This document shows, one piece after another, positions 1-9,028 of a DNA stretch of 64,000 nucleotides. Position numbers and translations under genes: made by a program. The DNA is taken from positions 26,497 through 90,496 of IMG/VR virus record IMGVR_UViG_3300043753_000023; one strand, 5' to 3'. This stretch comes from a virus. Taxonomy: Duplodnaviria > Caudoviricetes. A model generated the notes under the pieces. It searched no databases. It was not told the origin of the DNA and worked only from the letters and a program-made list of their open reading frames with translations. Numbering within the stretch: position 1 is the stretch's first letter; each line of letters starts with the position of its first letter.

Positions 1-761
1 GACAGCGTGTGCGTGAACCGGAAGTCGTCCCAATCGTCCGGCTTGATCTCCAAACCCTGCCCGGACGCCCGCAGCGCCTCCATGCCGAGGTGCCAGTGCT
101 GCGCCGTGTTGAGGTCGCCCCACGTGCCCCAGTCGTAGTCGCCCTCGTCGTTACGATCCCAGCCGGCCGCCTCCGGGCTGGGGAAGCTGCCGGCCACCGA
201 GTACGACATGACGACCGGTTCGTCATCCCGCGACCGCAGGAACGTGATGACGTCACCCCAGCCCATCCCCTCCCACTTTCGCTCGCCGCCCAACGCCGGC
301 TCGAACCACAGGCCGTTGCGGTACACGCCGCTGTCCAACCCGGCCTGCATGATGCCAGCGACCCAGGCGCGGTTCGGCCCGTCGACCCAGGCGTGAATCT
401 CACCCTGGCCAACGATTCGGGCCGCGAGCTTGACCGCGTCGTTGCCGAGTACCGCCGCGGTGTTGAGTGCCAGCGAGAAGGTCGACAGCGGCCGGCCGCG
501 CCACTGGATCAAAGGGGTGCGGTCATCGTCGCCAGCAACGCGGAACGCGGTCTCGTAGTAGGCCGTCCAGCGGGGGCTTCCGGCTTCCTCGGCGCCGAGT
601 TTGCCCGCGGGCAGCAAGGCGCGGAGCCGCTTCGCGGTGTCGTGGTCGTTCACCTTGAGGACGCCGAGCGCAAGGTCGTAGACCAGGCCGCGTAGGTGGG
701 CCTGCTCGCCGCCCAGGAGCTCGACCTCGCCGGACGGGGAGTGGAAGTAGACGCGGGACAT
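1..761 (-). CDS. Hypothetical phage protein (3' end outside window)
   Basis: ATG at 761 with AAGGAG RBS; my translation MSRVYFHSPSGEVELLGGEQAHLRG... stays open to base 1; missing from the ORF track because it has no stop in the window. Confidence 0.8.
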   Translation of the reverse strand, partial: MSRVYFHSPSGEVELLGGEQAHLRGLVYDLALGVLKVNDHDTAKRLRALLPAGKLGAEEAGSPRWTAYYETAFRVAGDDDRTPLIQWRGRPLSTFSLALNTAAVLGNDAVKLAARIVGQGEIHAWVDGPNRAWVAGIMQAGLDSGVYRNGLWFEPALGGERKWEGMGWGDVITFLRSRDDEPVVMSYSVAGSFPSPEAAGWDRNDEGDYDWGTWGDLNTAQHWHLGMEALRASGQGLEIKPDDWDDFRFTHTL

Positions 762-787
762 TCTGCTCCTTGGGGGTCGGTGGCAGG

Positions 788-1318
788 CTAACGGGCGTTC
801 AGGCCGAGCAGGAACTCGTGGATCCGCCGGTTGTGCTTCGCGTCCGCGAGTGCGTGATGCTCCCCGCCGCCCTGTTCCGGGAGTTGCGGGTTACCGGCCT
901 GCCAGCGCAGCGACTCCAGCTCGTGGAACCACGTCGGGATGCCCTCCGGCATGCGGGACCAGTCGTTGTCCCACAGCGAATGCAGCCGGCCGATGTCCTG
1001 CCCGCCGTACCAGCAGTACAGGTGCGCCAGGGCATGGTCTCCGAAGTAGCGGGTCACGTCGGCACAGATCTGCGCGATGGGCTTGACGTCAGGGTGCGCG
1101 TAGTCGAGACAGGCGCCAGCGCCGACCGTTGGCAGGGCGGACCACACATGCTGCCTCAACCAGGGCACGCCCTGGACTACTGCCTGGTTGCAGTTGGCGT
1201 TTACGGCGTAGTAGTCGCGGCCCTGATCGTCGGTCAGGCCGATGGAGATGAGCCCGCCCAGGGTTGGGACGGCTGGCACGAACTCGGTGTCCAGGTAAAC
1301 GCGGCGGGGCTGGGTCAC
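788..1318 (-). CDS. DEDDh 3'-5' exoribonuclease (Rv2179c/DUF5051-like)
   Basis: VYLDTEF, ISIGL, WYGGQD and HHALADA motifs; GTG start overlaps the upstream stop (GTGA). Confidence 0.85.
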   Translation of the reverse strand: MTQPRRVYLDTEFVPAVPTLGGLISIGLTDDQGRDYYAVNANCNQAVVQGVPWLRQHVWSALPTVGAGACLDYAHPDVKPIAQICADVTRYFGDHALAHLYCWYGGQDIGRLHSLWDNDWSRMPEGIPTWFHELESLRWQAGNPQLPEQGGGEHHALADAKHNRRIHEFLLGLNAR

Positions 1319-1662
1319 GGGTGCTCCTCCTTCGAGGGCTGGTAGGGCTGGGCGAGGAGCGTGAGGACGGTGCGGACCCGCTCGTCCCGGCCGCAGGTGC
1401 ACATGCCGGGCCTGACTGGTCTCATCCAGTGGCACAACGAGTCGTGCCCCCAGTTGAGCACCTCGTCGAGCAGGGCCCGCTTCGACGCCACCTCCGCCAG
1501 GACACGGGCCGGCCTGCCGCAGTCACACGGCGCGTCACCGCACGGGTCGCCGTACAGCACCTTCTCGCACAGCTTCTCGTGGATGGTGGGCGCCACCTCA
1601 ACATCTGCATCGCAGCCGGCGCGCACCAGGTCGGCGAGCTCGGGGATGGTCAGGGCGGTCAC
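1315..1662 (-). CDS. DUF6221-like phage protein
   Basis: RVLAEVASKRALLD ... TVLTLLAQPY pattern; coupled to neighbours. Confidence 0.7.
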   Translation of the reverse strand: MTALTIPELADLVRAGCDADVEVAPTIHEKLCEKVLYGDPCGDAPCDCGRPARVLAEVASKRALLDEVLNWGHDSLCHWMRPVRPGMCTCGRDERVRTVLTLLAQPYQPSKEEHP

Positions 1663-1943
1663 AGTCCCTCGATCCTGACCAACTCGGCCTTGTAGTCGCG
1701 GACCGCCAACTCGAGCCTGGCCTTGGCGTCTTCGGGGACGTGGATGGCGATCTCCGTGACGCGGCTGGCGAGGACCTGCGCGGCGACCTGCTCGGCGGCC
1801 CGGTCAGCTTTGTGGATCGTGCACATCTCGGCGAACTCGCCGAACCTGGCATCAAGCGCTTTGTGCTGATCGCGGAGGTCAGCGAGCTCACGCGCAATCC
1901 GGTTCCGCTCGGCGATCAGGCTGTGCTTCTCGTACTCGGTCAT
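1659..1943 (-). CDS. Hypothetical coiled-coil protein
   Basis: ATG 1943 with GGAGA RBS, overlapping stop/start with the next gene. Confidence 0.75.
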   Translation of the reverse strand: MTEYEKHSLIAERNRIARELADLRDQHKALDARFGEFAEMCTIHKADRAAEQVAAQVLASRVTEIAIHVPEDAKARLELAVRDYKAELVRIEGL

Positions 1944-1953
1944 CAGAGTCTCC

Positions 1954-2160
1954 TCAGGCGTAGCCGTAGATGCTGGGTGGCGGGTCGTTGTCGCCGCGGG
2001 CCTGGGCGACAGCGGCGCGGACGGCGGCGATCCCGCCGGATGGGAGGTAGTTCTCCGGCGGGTGGGGGCCAGCGCACGGCTCGTCTGGGCAGCGGCAGCC
2101 ACCACAGGCGTCGCAGGGGTCGGTGCCGCAGCCGAGGCAGACGTAGCGGTGGTCGGTCAC
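1954..2160 (-). CDS. Small Cys-rich hypothetical protein
   Basis: GTG start; CLGC/CDAC/CRC pattern; GTGA coupling. Confidence 0.6.
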   Translation of the reverse strand: MTDHRYVCLGCGTDPCDACGGCRCPDEPCAGPHPPENYLPSGGIAAVRAAVAQARGDNDPPPSIYGYA

Positions 2161-2327
2161 GACACACCGCCATTCGGCTTGCCATCCGCCTCGGCTTGGT
2201 GGCGCCAATCGATGACGGCGTTCAACTCGGCGACACACAGAGCGCAGTTGGGCAGTACCAGCTCGTCGTGTCCGTGGGCGTAGTCGGAGCTGACTTGCGC
2301 GGCAGCACGCTCGAAGGAGCCGATCAC
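2157..2327 (-). CDS. Hypothetical protein
   Basis: GTGA overlaps at both ends. Confidence 0.6.
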   Translation of the reverse strand: MIGSFERAAAQVSSDYAHGHDELVLPNCALCVAELNAVIDWRHQAEADGKPNGGVS

Positions 2328-2740
2328 AGCGCTCCGCCGAGCAGCTCGCCGTCCACCGCCGCGCTCTCCTCCGCTTCGGTGACGGTGAACGGCCCGAGCG
2401 GGTCGATGGCGTGCCGGTGCCCTTCGGCATCCTCGACGATCAGCGTCAGGTGCTCGCCGTTGGCGATCGATCCGCCGACAACAGTCCCGGTGAACGTGAC
2501 CGTCACACGGGTGCCGCGGCGGCCGAACCGGGCCCGCGCCTCGTCGAGCGGGCCGGCGGGTCGCAGCGGCCGCCGCGTGGACGGCAGTACGGTCACGACG
2601 GTGCGGTGCGGACGCAACGCCGCAACCGGTTCCGGGCAGCGGCACTGCTTCTTCGACTCGGGCACCGTGCGGTACGGCTTGCGGCAGCGCCCGCAGCTCC
2701 ACTCCAGCGTGACCGCGGTCGTCTCAGTCGCGTTCACCAT
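2324..2740 (-). CDS. Hypothetical Zn-finger-like protein
   Basis: CGRC...CRC motif; coupled operon position. Confidence 0.7.
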   Translation of the reverse strand: MVNATETTAVTLEWSCGRCRKPYRTVPESKKQCRCPEPVAALRPHRTVVTVLPSTRRPLRPAGPLDEARARFGRRGTRVTVTFTGTVVGGSIANGEHLTLIVEDAEGHRHAIDPLGPFTVTEAEESAAVDGELLGGAL

Positions 2741-2743
2741 AGG

Positions 2744-3196
2744 TCAGCCCTCCACAACGGTCGGAGCGGCAGGGTGGCCGTAGCGGCGGCAGCCGCACAC
2801 GGTCGTGCTTGTTGTGCGCAGCGTGCAGATCCCGCCGTGATCCAGGTGGTCGCCGCGCCGGTGCGAGCACTTGTCGCAAGCGTCGTTGGAGAGCGCTGCG
2901 ACACGGATCCTGCTGACGATCACGTGACGCAGGGCCTCACCCCCGAGGCCGTCAGTGGCATCGGCAGCCATGGCAGCGGCATCGAACAGGGCTGTCCGGC
3001 GGACAGAGGCCAGCTCGGCACGCAGCTTGTCAAGCTCGGGGTGGATGACGGCGAGGACGGCGTTCACGGTCTCGGCGGGCGCCCTCTCGGGGAACACCGG
3101 GTCGAGCGTGGCGAACTGCAGGCCGCGACGGACTGCGGCAACGATCCGGTCGGCAAGCTCGCCGTCGGTGAGCGGCAGGTTCTGGGTGTCGGTCAT
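2744..3196 (-). CDS. Hypothetical protein with C-terminal Cys/His cluster
   Basis: AAGGAG RBS; ATGA overlap. Confidence 0.75.
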   Translation of the reverse strand: MTDTQNLPLTDGELADRIVAAVRRGLQFATLDPVFPERAPAETVNAVLAVIHPELDKLRAELASVRRTALFDAAAMAADATDGLGGEALRHVIVSRIRVAALSNDACDKCSHRRGDHLDHGGICTLRTTSTTVCGCRRYGHPAAPTVVEG

Positions 3197-3462
3197 GATG
3201 CCTCCTTGTGCAGCGGCACGGCCCGGTCCATCCGCCTGCGGTGCTCCGGCAGCCGCTCATCGAATGCGCCGATCACGCACCCTTTGCCACCGATCAGCGA
3301 ACGGAGCAGCGACAACTGCGCCAACTTCAGGCCGGTCGCCTGGTCATGCGAGCCCCCCGCGGCCGCCTGCTTTTCGAAGTTGGCAAGCCGGTCGAGGGCG
3401 TGCTGCACCTTGGTGCGAGCCCAGGCGAGGACCTCGGGGTCACGGTCGAAACGGTCATTCAT
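3193..3462 (-). CDS. Hypothetical protein
   Basis: GAGGAG RBS; coupled. Confidence 0.75.
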   Translation of the reverse strand: MNDRFDRDPEVLAWARTKVQHALDRLANFEKQAAAGGSHDQATGLKLAQLSLLRSLIGGKGCVIGAFDERLPEHRRRMDRAVPLHKEAS

Positions 3463-3471
3463 GGCTTCTCC

Positions 3472-3945
3472 TCAGCCCCGGTAGGCGGTCAGCAGCCACG
3501 CCGGCTGCTCCTGCAGCGGCGTCAGCCCGAGGACAGCGAGCGCGTTGCGAAGTCGCTCGTCCGCCTGGCCGCCGGTCTCTGCAACGAGCATGGCCGGCTC
3601 GATCGGCTCAGCCTCGCCGAGGTAGGCCGCGAACTGCGTGGTGACGAGCATCAGGTCGCCGGCCTCGTAACCAGTCCGGTCCAACCGGACGCCCAACTGG
3701 CTCTTGGCCGCCCTCCGTCGGTCGAAGTACCCCTCGACGGTGTAGTCGGTCTCCGTGAAGCCGACGGAAGCGAGCAGTCGCCGCTCGGCGGCATCGTCGA
3801 ATTCGCCTTCGGCCTCGTCATACCAGTCAAGGTTCAGCCCCCACTCGTCGCTGTCCTCGGGATGGACTTCGCGAACGAGCCAGCGCCCGTCGTCGCCTTG
3901 GAGCCGGTAGCCGTAGGACAGCTCGGCTTTGATGGTGATGCCCAT
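3472..3945 (-). CDS. Hypothetical phage protein
   Basis: AAAGGA RBS before ATG 3945; typical codon bias. Confidence 0.75.
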   Translation of the reverse strand: MGITIKAELSYGYRLQGDDGRWLVREVHPEDSDEWGLNLDWYDEAEGEFDDAAERRLLASVGFTETDYTVEGYFDRRRAAKSQLGVRLDRTGYEAGDLMLVTTQFAAYLGEAEPIEPAMLVAETGGQADERLRNALAVLGLTPLQEQPAWLLTAYRG

Positions 3946-4062
3946 AACGGGTTCCTTTCGCGGTGGTTTGTGATCCATTGTCCCCTATTTCGGGGCGCAC
4001 GGATACCGCCGTGCACGGGGTAAATCCGCTGGTGGCAGCGGCAGTTGAACGCGGCAGGACCG

Positions 4063-4557
4063 TCAGGCGAGATGGGTGGCCGGCCATGTGGTGGCGCACC
4101 TGGTGCACTCATGGCGTGGCGGGCAGGAAGTCCGGCCACGCCGGCCAGTGAAGGTCCGCAAGTCCGCCGTGGCCGACAGGCGCTGGCAGGCGGGGCAGCG
4201 GCTCGGCTGCGCGGGGAACTCGGCGACCAGGCAGCGGGGCCTGACGTACGTGATCGGACAGGCGCCGGACGTAGTCGGGTCGGCGTTCTCGACGTCCCAG
4301 CCGTCGGCGTCCCGGACGAACCTGCCCCAGGCCCGCTCGATGTAGCACTCGGGGGCGTCCAGCGGGCCGCGGAGACGACCCCAGGTCCACCGGGTGTAGC
4401 GGGCGACCGCGGCGGCGGTGACACGGTCAAGGTGGTGGCCGAGCAGGAGGAGGCAGTCCTCATCGTCGCTGCTGAAGTCGGCAACCTGAACGCCGAAGAT
4501 CAGGTCGAAGTCGGCCGCGGCGAACGCCGGCGGGGCGATGTCGGTGACGGTGGTCAT
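4063..4557 (-). CDS. Hypothetical protein with C-terminal Zn ribbon
   Basis: GAGGAG RBS; CPAC...CTRC. Confidence 0.7.
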   Translation of the reverse strand: MTTVTDIAPPAFAAADFDLIFGVQVADFSSDDEDCLLLLGHHLDRVTAAAVARYTRWTWGRLRGPLDAPECYIERAWGRFVRDADGWDVENADPTTSGACPITYVRPRCLVAEFPAQPSRCPACQRLSATADLRTFTGRRGRTSCPPRHECTRCATTWPATHLA

Positions 4558-4661
4558 ATTGGTGCTCCTCTCACGGGATTGGGGGGGCGTGCCGCGCAGG
4601 GACAGGCGCGCGGCACACCCGCAGGGTCCACCCGGGTAGGCCTGAACAAGGTCCTCGCTAT

Positions 4662-4913
4662 TCAGGCAACAGCGGCCAAGCCTGAATAAGGCGGCCAGCC
4701 TTCGCCCGGCCGATACGGGATCGGACTGCCGGGCCGGCCGCAGCCTTCGGGCCACGAGCCAGCCAACTTCCCGGTCGGGCTCGACCCCTGCAGCGCAACA
4801 CCCTGGAGCTCATCCTTCCCCGCTGACCGCTGGCAGCGGCTGCGCAAGAACTCGCGGAGGTCGCCCTCCCTGCGAATCTGGCCGACGTCGTCGATGTCGA
4901 AGTCGCCGGACAC
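4662..4913 (-). CDS. Hypothetical protein downstream of DnaB
   Basis: GTG start immediately after the DnaB stop. Confidence 0.55.
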   Translation of the reverse strand: MSGDFDIDDVGQIRREGDLREFLRSRCQRSAGKDELQGVALQGSSPTGKLAGSWPEGCGRPGSPIPYRPGEGWPPYSGLAAVA

Positions 4914-4914
4914 G

Positions 4915-6309
4915 TCACACGTCCTGCGTCATGTCGACGAAGCGGCAGTAGTGTCCCTGGAAGGCGACGGTGATCGTGCTGGTCGGGCCCGACCGGTTCT
5001 TCGCGACATGGAAGTCGGCTTCGCCGGCGCGCGGGGACTCCTTCTCGTAGGCGTCCTCGCGGTGCAGCAGGATGATGAGGTCACTGTCCTGCTCGATCGC
5101 GCCGGATTCGCGAAGGTCCGAGGGCTGCGGCTTCCGGTCGCTACGCTTCTCCGCCTCACGGTTCAGCTGCGACAGCGCGATCACCGGGATCTCAAGCTCC
5201 TTGGCGAGCAGCTTGATCGATCGGGAGATCTCCGAGACCTCCTGCTGCCGCGACTCGAACCGCTGCGCGCCGCCGAGCTTTAGCAGCTGCAGGTAGTCGA
5301 TCACGATGCCCTTCAGTTCGACCTCGGAGGCCATCTGACGGGCCTTCGTGCGGATCGACGTCATCGTGAGGTCCGGCGAGTCGTCGATGTAAAGCGGCGC
5401 CCCAGTGATCTCGGGGAGGATCTTGGCGACCTGCGCCCAGTCCCAGTCCGTCATGCCACCCTTGGTCTGCATGTGATGCAACGGCACCCTGCCCTCGGCG
5501 GAGATCAGCCGCTTGATGACCTCAACCCGGGACATCTCCAAGCTGAAGAATGCCATCCCCAGGCCATGCCTGACGGACGCAGACCGGGCGATGTCCAACC
5601 CAGCCGTCGACTTGCCCATGCCGGGCCGGCCCGCGATCGTGATCATCTGACCGGGGTGCATGCCGCCGGTCAGCGCATCCAGGTCCCGGAAGCCCCACGG
5701 CACGCCCATCGGCACAGTGCCGTCGTTGACCGCCTGGATCGCATCCAGGACGTCGTCAGCGGAATCCCGAACCGGCGCCAGCCCTAGCGCCCGCACGCCG
5801 ACGTCGCCGCCCGATGAGGCGCCCATGATCTCAGCTTGGATCGCCTGCACTACCTCCTCCGTGTCCCCCTCGGCGGAGAACACCTGCTGCAGGCCGCGGT
5901 TCAGCGCCACGCCGAGCTCCCGCAGCTTCGCCTTCTCCCGCACGATCACCGCGTAATACTCGGCGTTCGCCGACGACGGCGCGGCCTGGACCAGGCCGTG
6001 CAGGTAGGTGGGGCCGCCGCAGCGCACCAGGTCCCCCGACTTCTCCAGCGCCCGGGCAATGGTGATCGGATCCGCCGCGTCGCCGGCGGCATACAGGGCG
6101 ACGATCGCGTCGTGGATCAGACCATGGGCAGGCCGGTAGTACTCGATGCCACGAAGGCCGGCGCCGAGGGCATCATCGATCGCGCGGGGGTTGATGAGCA
6201 TCGCGCCGAGGACGGACTGCTCGGCGCGCAGATCCTGCGGCGGGGTCCGGTCCAGGCCGGTGCCGACGTGGACCGGGGTGTCGTCGGGGTCATCGTAGGT
6301 GTCGTTCAT
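4915..6309 (-). CDS. dnaB: Replicative DNA helicase DnaB (no intein)
   Basis: PPQDLRAEQSVLGAM N-terminus, AGRPGMGKS Walker A, IVIDYLQL, LSQLNR, DLRESGAIEQDSD, VAKNRSGP. Confidence 0.97.
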   Translation of the reverse strand: MNDTYDDPDDTPVHVGTGLDRTPPQDLRAEQSVLGAMLINPRAIDDALGAGLRGIEYYRPAHGLIHDAIVALYAAGDAADPITIARALEKSGDLVRCGGPTYLHGLVQAAPSSANAEYYAVIVREKAKLRELGVALNRGLQQVFSAEGDTEEVVQAIQAEIMGASSGGDVGVRALGLAPVRDSADDVLDAIQAVNDGTVPMGVPWGFRDLDALTGGMHPGQMITIAGRPGMGKSTAGLDIARSASVRHGLGMAFFSLEMSRVEVIKRLISAEGRVPLHHMQTKGGMTDWDWAQVAKILPEITGAPLYIDDSPDLTMTSIRTKARQMASEVELKGIVIDYLQLLKLGGAQRFESRQQEVSEISRSIKLLAKELEIPVIALSQLNREAEKRSDRKPQPSDLRESGAIEQDSDLIILLHREDAYEKESPRAGEADFHVAKNRSGPTSTITVAFQGHYCRFVDMTQDV

Positions 6310-7256
6310 GCTGCTGCTCCTAGGGTTCGGCGGGCGCGGGCCCGGCCGGTGGGGTGGCAGATCGGGCAGAAGTCGATCGTCTGGTCGGGCAGGGTCACCA
6401 TGTGGGTGACGGGGTCACAGTTCGGCTGCCCGCAGCGCTCCTGGGTCTCGTCGGGGATCCGGGGCGGCGGGAGCTTCTTGACGAGCCGGCCCCGGAGGAA
6501 TCCGGCAGGGTTGCCGATCGCTGCAGGCAGTCCGTTGGTGAGGGCCGCTTCGAGGCGGTCCGCAGGAACGCGCTCCAGCCAGGTGGCCGCGAGGGGCGCG
6601 AGTTCGACGAGCTCGGTCTCGCCGACAGTGAGCCGTGGGTCTTTGGCGGTGAGCTTGGCCAGGACGAGGTAGCCGGGCGGGGGTTGGTTGTTGCGCGCAG
6701 CGCTCCCCCCGCCCTCCCGCCCATCCTCGGTCGGCGATCCCGCCGGGGCCGGCTGCTCAGCCGCTTCCGGGGAGGAGGGTGGTGGGGAGGAGCAAGAGGG
6801 AGGAGTAGGACCCCCGTTTTTGGGGGGTCTTTCCGCCGATTGCCCCCCGTTCTCGGGGGGCCTTTCGGCCTGATTGGCCCCCGCTGAGAGGGGGTCTTTC
6901 TGCTCCGGCTTGGCTCCGTAGCCACCGAAAGCCCCCCGCTCTAGGGGGGTCTTTCGCCAGTCCTGGATGACGCACGGTACGAACATCGACGCGATGCGGT
7001 ACCGAGTGGTCTTGCCGCGGAAGCCGCCCGAGACCGGCTCGATCAGGCCGCGCTTCAGGAGGGCCGAGCGCATCGCCTCCCACTTCTTCGGCGCCATCCG
7101 GACCCGGCGCAGGATCTCCGGGTGTTCGGGGCCGTGCCAGGTCTCCCGGGTCGCATCGTTGGCATCCCGAGCGAGCACAGTGAGGCACCAGCGTTGCGCT
7201 GGCGTCACGTCATCTGGGCACCAGTCCATGACCTCTTCGACCAACTTGATCCCCAT
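6306..7256 (-). CDS. Phage replication initiator (lambda O-like, N-terminal wHTH)
   Basis: Directly upstream of and coupled to DnaB; N-terminal HTH-like region; internal iteron array. Confidence 0.8.
   Translation of the reverse strand: MGIKLVEEVMDWCPDDVTPAQRWCLTVLARDANDATRETWHGPEHPEILRRVRMAPKKWEAMRSALLKRGLIEPVSGGFRGKTTRYRIASMFVPCVIQDWRKTPLERGAFGGYGAKPEQKDPLSAGANQAERPPENGGQSAERPPKNGGPTPPSCSSPPPSSPEAAEQPAPAGSPTEDGREGGGSAARNNQPPPGYLVLAKLTAKDPRLTVGETELVELAPLAATWLERVPADRLEAALTNGLPAAIGNPAGFLRGRLVKKLPPPRIPDETQERCGQPNCDPVTHMVTLPDQTIDFCPICHPTGRARARRTLGAAA
6811..6955. repeat. Four iterons CCCCCG-N5/6-GGGGG(T/C)CTTTC (putative replication origin)
   Basis: Copies at about 6811, 6843, 6878 and 6932 inside the initiator gene, preceded by a purine-rich tract at 6771-6809. 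Confidence 0.8.
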
Positions 7257-7392
7257 CAGCTCACCGCCTGGCGGTACTTGGGGGCATCCTCGGTCATGGT
7301 GGCTCCAGCTGGGCATGCCGCGGTATCGCGGCGGGGTGACGTGTGCAGGGGAAGGGGCCGCGCCCGACCAACAGCCGAGCGCGGTAGGGCCG

Positions 7393-8004
7393 TCAGCGGC
7401 CGACAAGTGCCTGCGGGAACGGCAGGCCAACGCATGCGGCGAGCTGCTCGCCCGTCATGACCCGCCGTCGGATCAGGACCGGCAGCACGGTCATCAGCCG
7501 CCCCCAGACCCGGTCCAGGGCCTCGTCGGCCGCGTCGTGCATCAGCGCGAAGTCGGGGCCGTCATCCGTGCCAAATGCGAACCGGGGCGACGAGTGCTTC
7601 AGCAGCCACGTACGGTCGTTGCAGGCCCCCAGCTCGACGACGGCAGCTCGTTCCCGAGTCCACAGAGTCGCCTCGCGCAGCCACCGGTCCTCTGCTCGCT
7701 CGCCGCCGGCCACACCGACGGCCTGCAGCCAGCCTTCGTTGGCCACCCCGGTCCGCGTTGCGGCAGCATGGCCAGCGCGGTGCCCGTCGAAGACGATGCT
7801 GACCTGAGGAACGTGCAGCCCGGCTTCGAGCCACAGCAGCGCGTGTCCGAGCTCGTGGGCCGCCACCGTGCCGTCGATCTGGCTGCCCGTCAGTCCCATC
7901 AGCTCGCGGGTATTGACGTCGCCAACCCTGAACCGCTCCGGAACCGGATGCCGGGTCGGGTAGGGCTCGCCGAACAACAGCAGGCCATCGTGATGCCAGT
8001 TCAC
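7393..8004 (-). CDS. Stand-alone Zn metallopeptidase, FtsH/M41-like protease domain
   Basis: VAAHELGHA (HExxH), VAGGERAE and an FtsH-like C-terminal helix; no AAA domain or TM segment. Confidence 0.7.
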   Translation of the reverse strand: MNWHHDGLLLFGEPYPTRHPVPERFRVGDVNTRELMGLTGSQIDGTVAAHELGHALLWLEAGLHVPQVSIVFDGHRAGHAAATRTGVANEGWLQAVGVAGGERAEDRWLREATLWTRERAAVVELGACNDRTWLLKHSSPRFAFGTDDGPDFALMHDAADEALDRVWGRLMTVLPVLIRRRVMTGEQLAACVGLPFPQALVGR

Positions 8005-8168
8005 CGGGCCTCCCCCACAGGCTCGTCGGTGACGACGTCGAACACGTCGCCGTCCAGCCGGTATTCGACATGCGCGGGCATGCCGGCCTGCGTGGACTCG
8101 GACGCTTCGTGCGCAGCGGCGAGGGACGAACCGCGGTCGTTGGCCGGGTACGTGTTGATGACCATCAC
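8001..8168 (-). CDS. Small hypothetical protein
   Basis: GTGA overlaps at both ends. Confidence 0.55.
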   Translation of the reverse strand: MMVINTYPANDRGSSLAAAHEASESTQAGMPAHVEYRLDGDVFDVVTDEPVGEAR

Positions 8169-8353
8169 TCCCCCGCCCCGGGGTTGAGGGCCCGGGCCAG
8201 GAGCCCGCCGAGGAGGTGCTCCCCAAGCCGGTCGAACCGGGCCCGGGCTGCGGCACGGGCCGACAGGACGTGCTCGACGCTCAGGCGCGGCGGGGTCTTG
8301 GTGTTGCCGATCGCCCTGTTCTCCGTCGGGCGGTGGACTGTGGACGCGCTCAT
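8165..8353 (-). CDS. Small hypothetical protein
   Basis: Coupled operon position. Confidence 0.6.
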   Translation of the reverse strand: MSASTVHRPTENRAIGNTKTPPRLSVEHVLSARAAARARFDRLGEHLLGGLLARALNPGAGE

Positions 8354-8571
8354 CGGGCCGCCTCCTCGCGGTCGACGTCGACCCAGTTGCCGAGCTGCTC
8401 ACTGAGGACCAGCTCCACCGTGCTGCGATTGAGGCGAGTCGGGTCGAATCCGACGATCAGGGTGTCCTGGTCGACCCAGGCGGCCCGCATCCACGGCCCG
8501 TCCTCGGGCAGGGGCACGGCGACGATCCCGACACGCGGCGCCGGGCTGGCAGGGGCGAGGAGGGCGGTCAC
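8350..8571 (-). CDS. Small hypothetical protein
   Basis: Coupled operon position. Confidence 0.65.
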   Translation of the reverse strand: MTALLAPASPAPRVGIVAVPLPEDGPWMRAAWVDQDTLIVGFDPTRLNRSTVELVLSEQLGNWVDVDREEAAR

Positions 8572-8786
8572 AGAATCACCGCCGGTGCGGTCGCAAGCTG
8601 CTCGCCGAGGACCAGGATGTGGCCGATCATGCGGCGCACGATCGGCGACGTGGCCGGGTTCGACAGGTACGCCTCGATCGCGTCGAACAGGTTCGGGGCC
8701 GCGGTCAGGACGCGCAGCGCCTCGACGATCGGGCCCTCGGGGGCGGGGGTGCTAGTCGAAGCACGCAGGTAGTCCCTAGACTTCAC
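8568..8786 (-). CDS. First gene of the leftward early operon, hypothetical
   Basis: GTG start with AAGGAAG upstream; an operator-like half site overlaps the RBS region. Confidence 0.65.
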   Translation of the reverse strand: MKSRDYLRASTSTPAPEGPIVEALRVLTAAPNLFDAIEAYLSNPATSPIVRRMIGHILVLGEQLATAPAVIL

Positions 8787-9011
8787 CGTAGAACTTCCTT
8801 CCTCAATGCTCAGAGGGGTGTTCTGGCAGCGGCGAGGTTGCCACCTCTAGCTGCCTCCTGTGGCTGGGCGGTCTCATCCATCGCCCAGCCACCCGTCTAT
8901 CCGCAAGCTTCTACGGAGAAGCCCGCGAGACTAGACTCTACCGGTTCTACGTAGAAGTCAAGGTTTTCGCAGAGTTCTCGGATGGGAGCTAGATTGATCT
9001 CCGTAGAAGCC
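8787..9011. promoter_or_regulatory. Divergent promoter region with CTTCTACG(T/G)AGAAG operators
   Basis: GCTTCTACGGAGAAGC 8907-8922, perfect TTCTACGTAGAA 8945-8956, TCTCCGTAGAAGC about 8998-9010, partial site about 8787; TTGACT on the minus strand abuts the palindrome. Confidence 0.8.
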
Positions 9012-9028
9012 GGAGCCCGGAGGAAGTT

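Noticed and set aside
9-695. Plus-strand ORF 9..695 and similar long antisense ORFs (e.g. 24016..25869, 43056..45014, 32915..33988, 18686..19981)
   Set aside because: Shadow ORFs typical of high-GC DNA; they lie opposite genes with RBS, coupling and recognisable motifs and have Arg/Gly/Pro-rich nonsense composition
4915-6309. Intein in DnaB (also checked terminase)
   Set aside because: Lengths are normal and no C/S...HN splice motifs or LAGLIDADG blocks are seen
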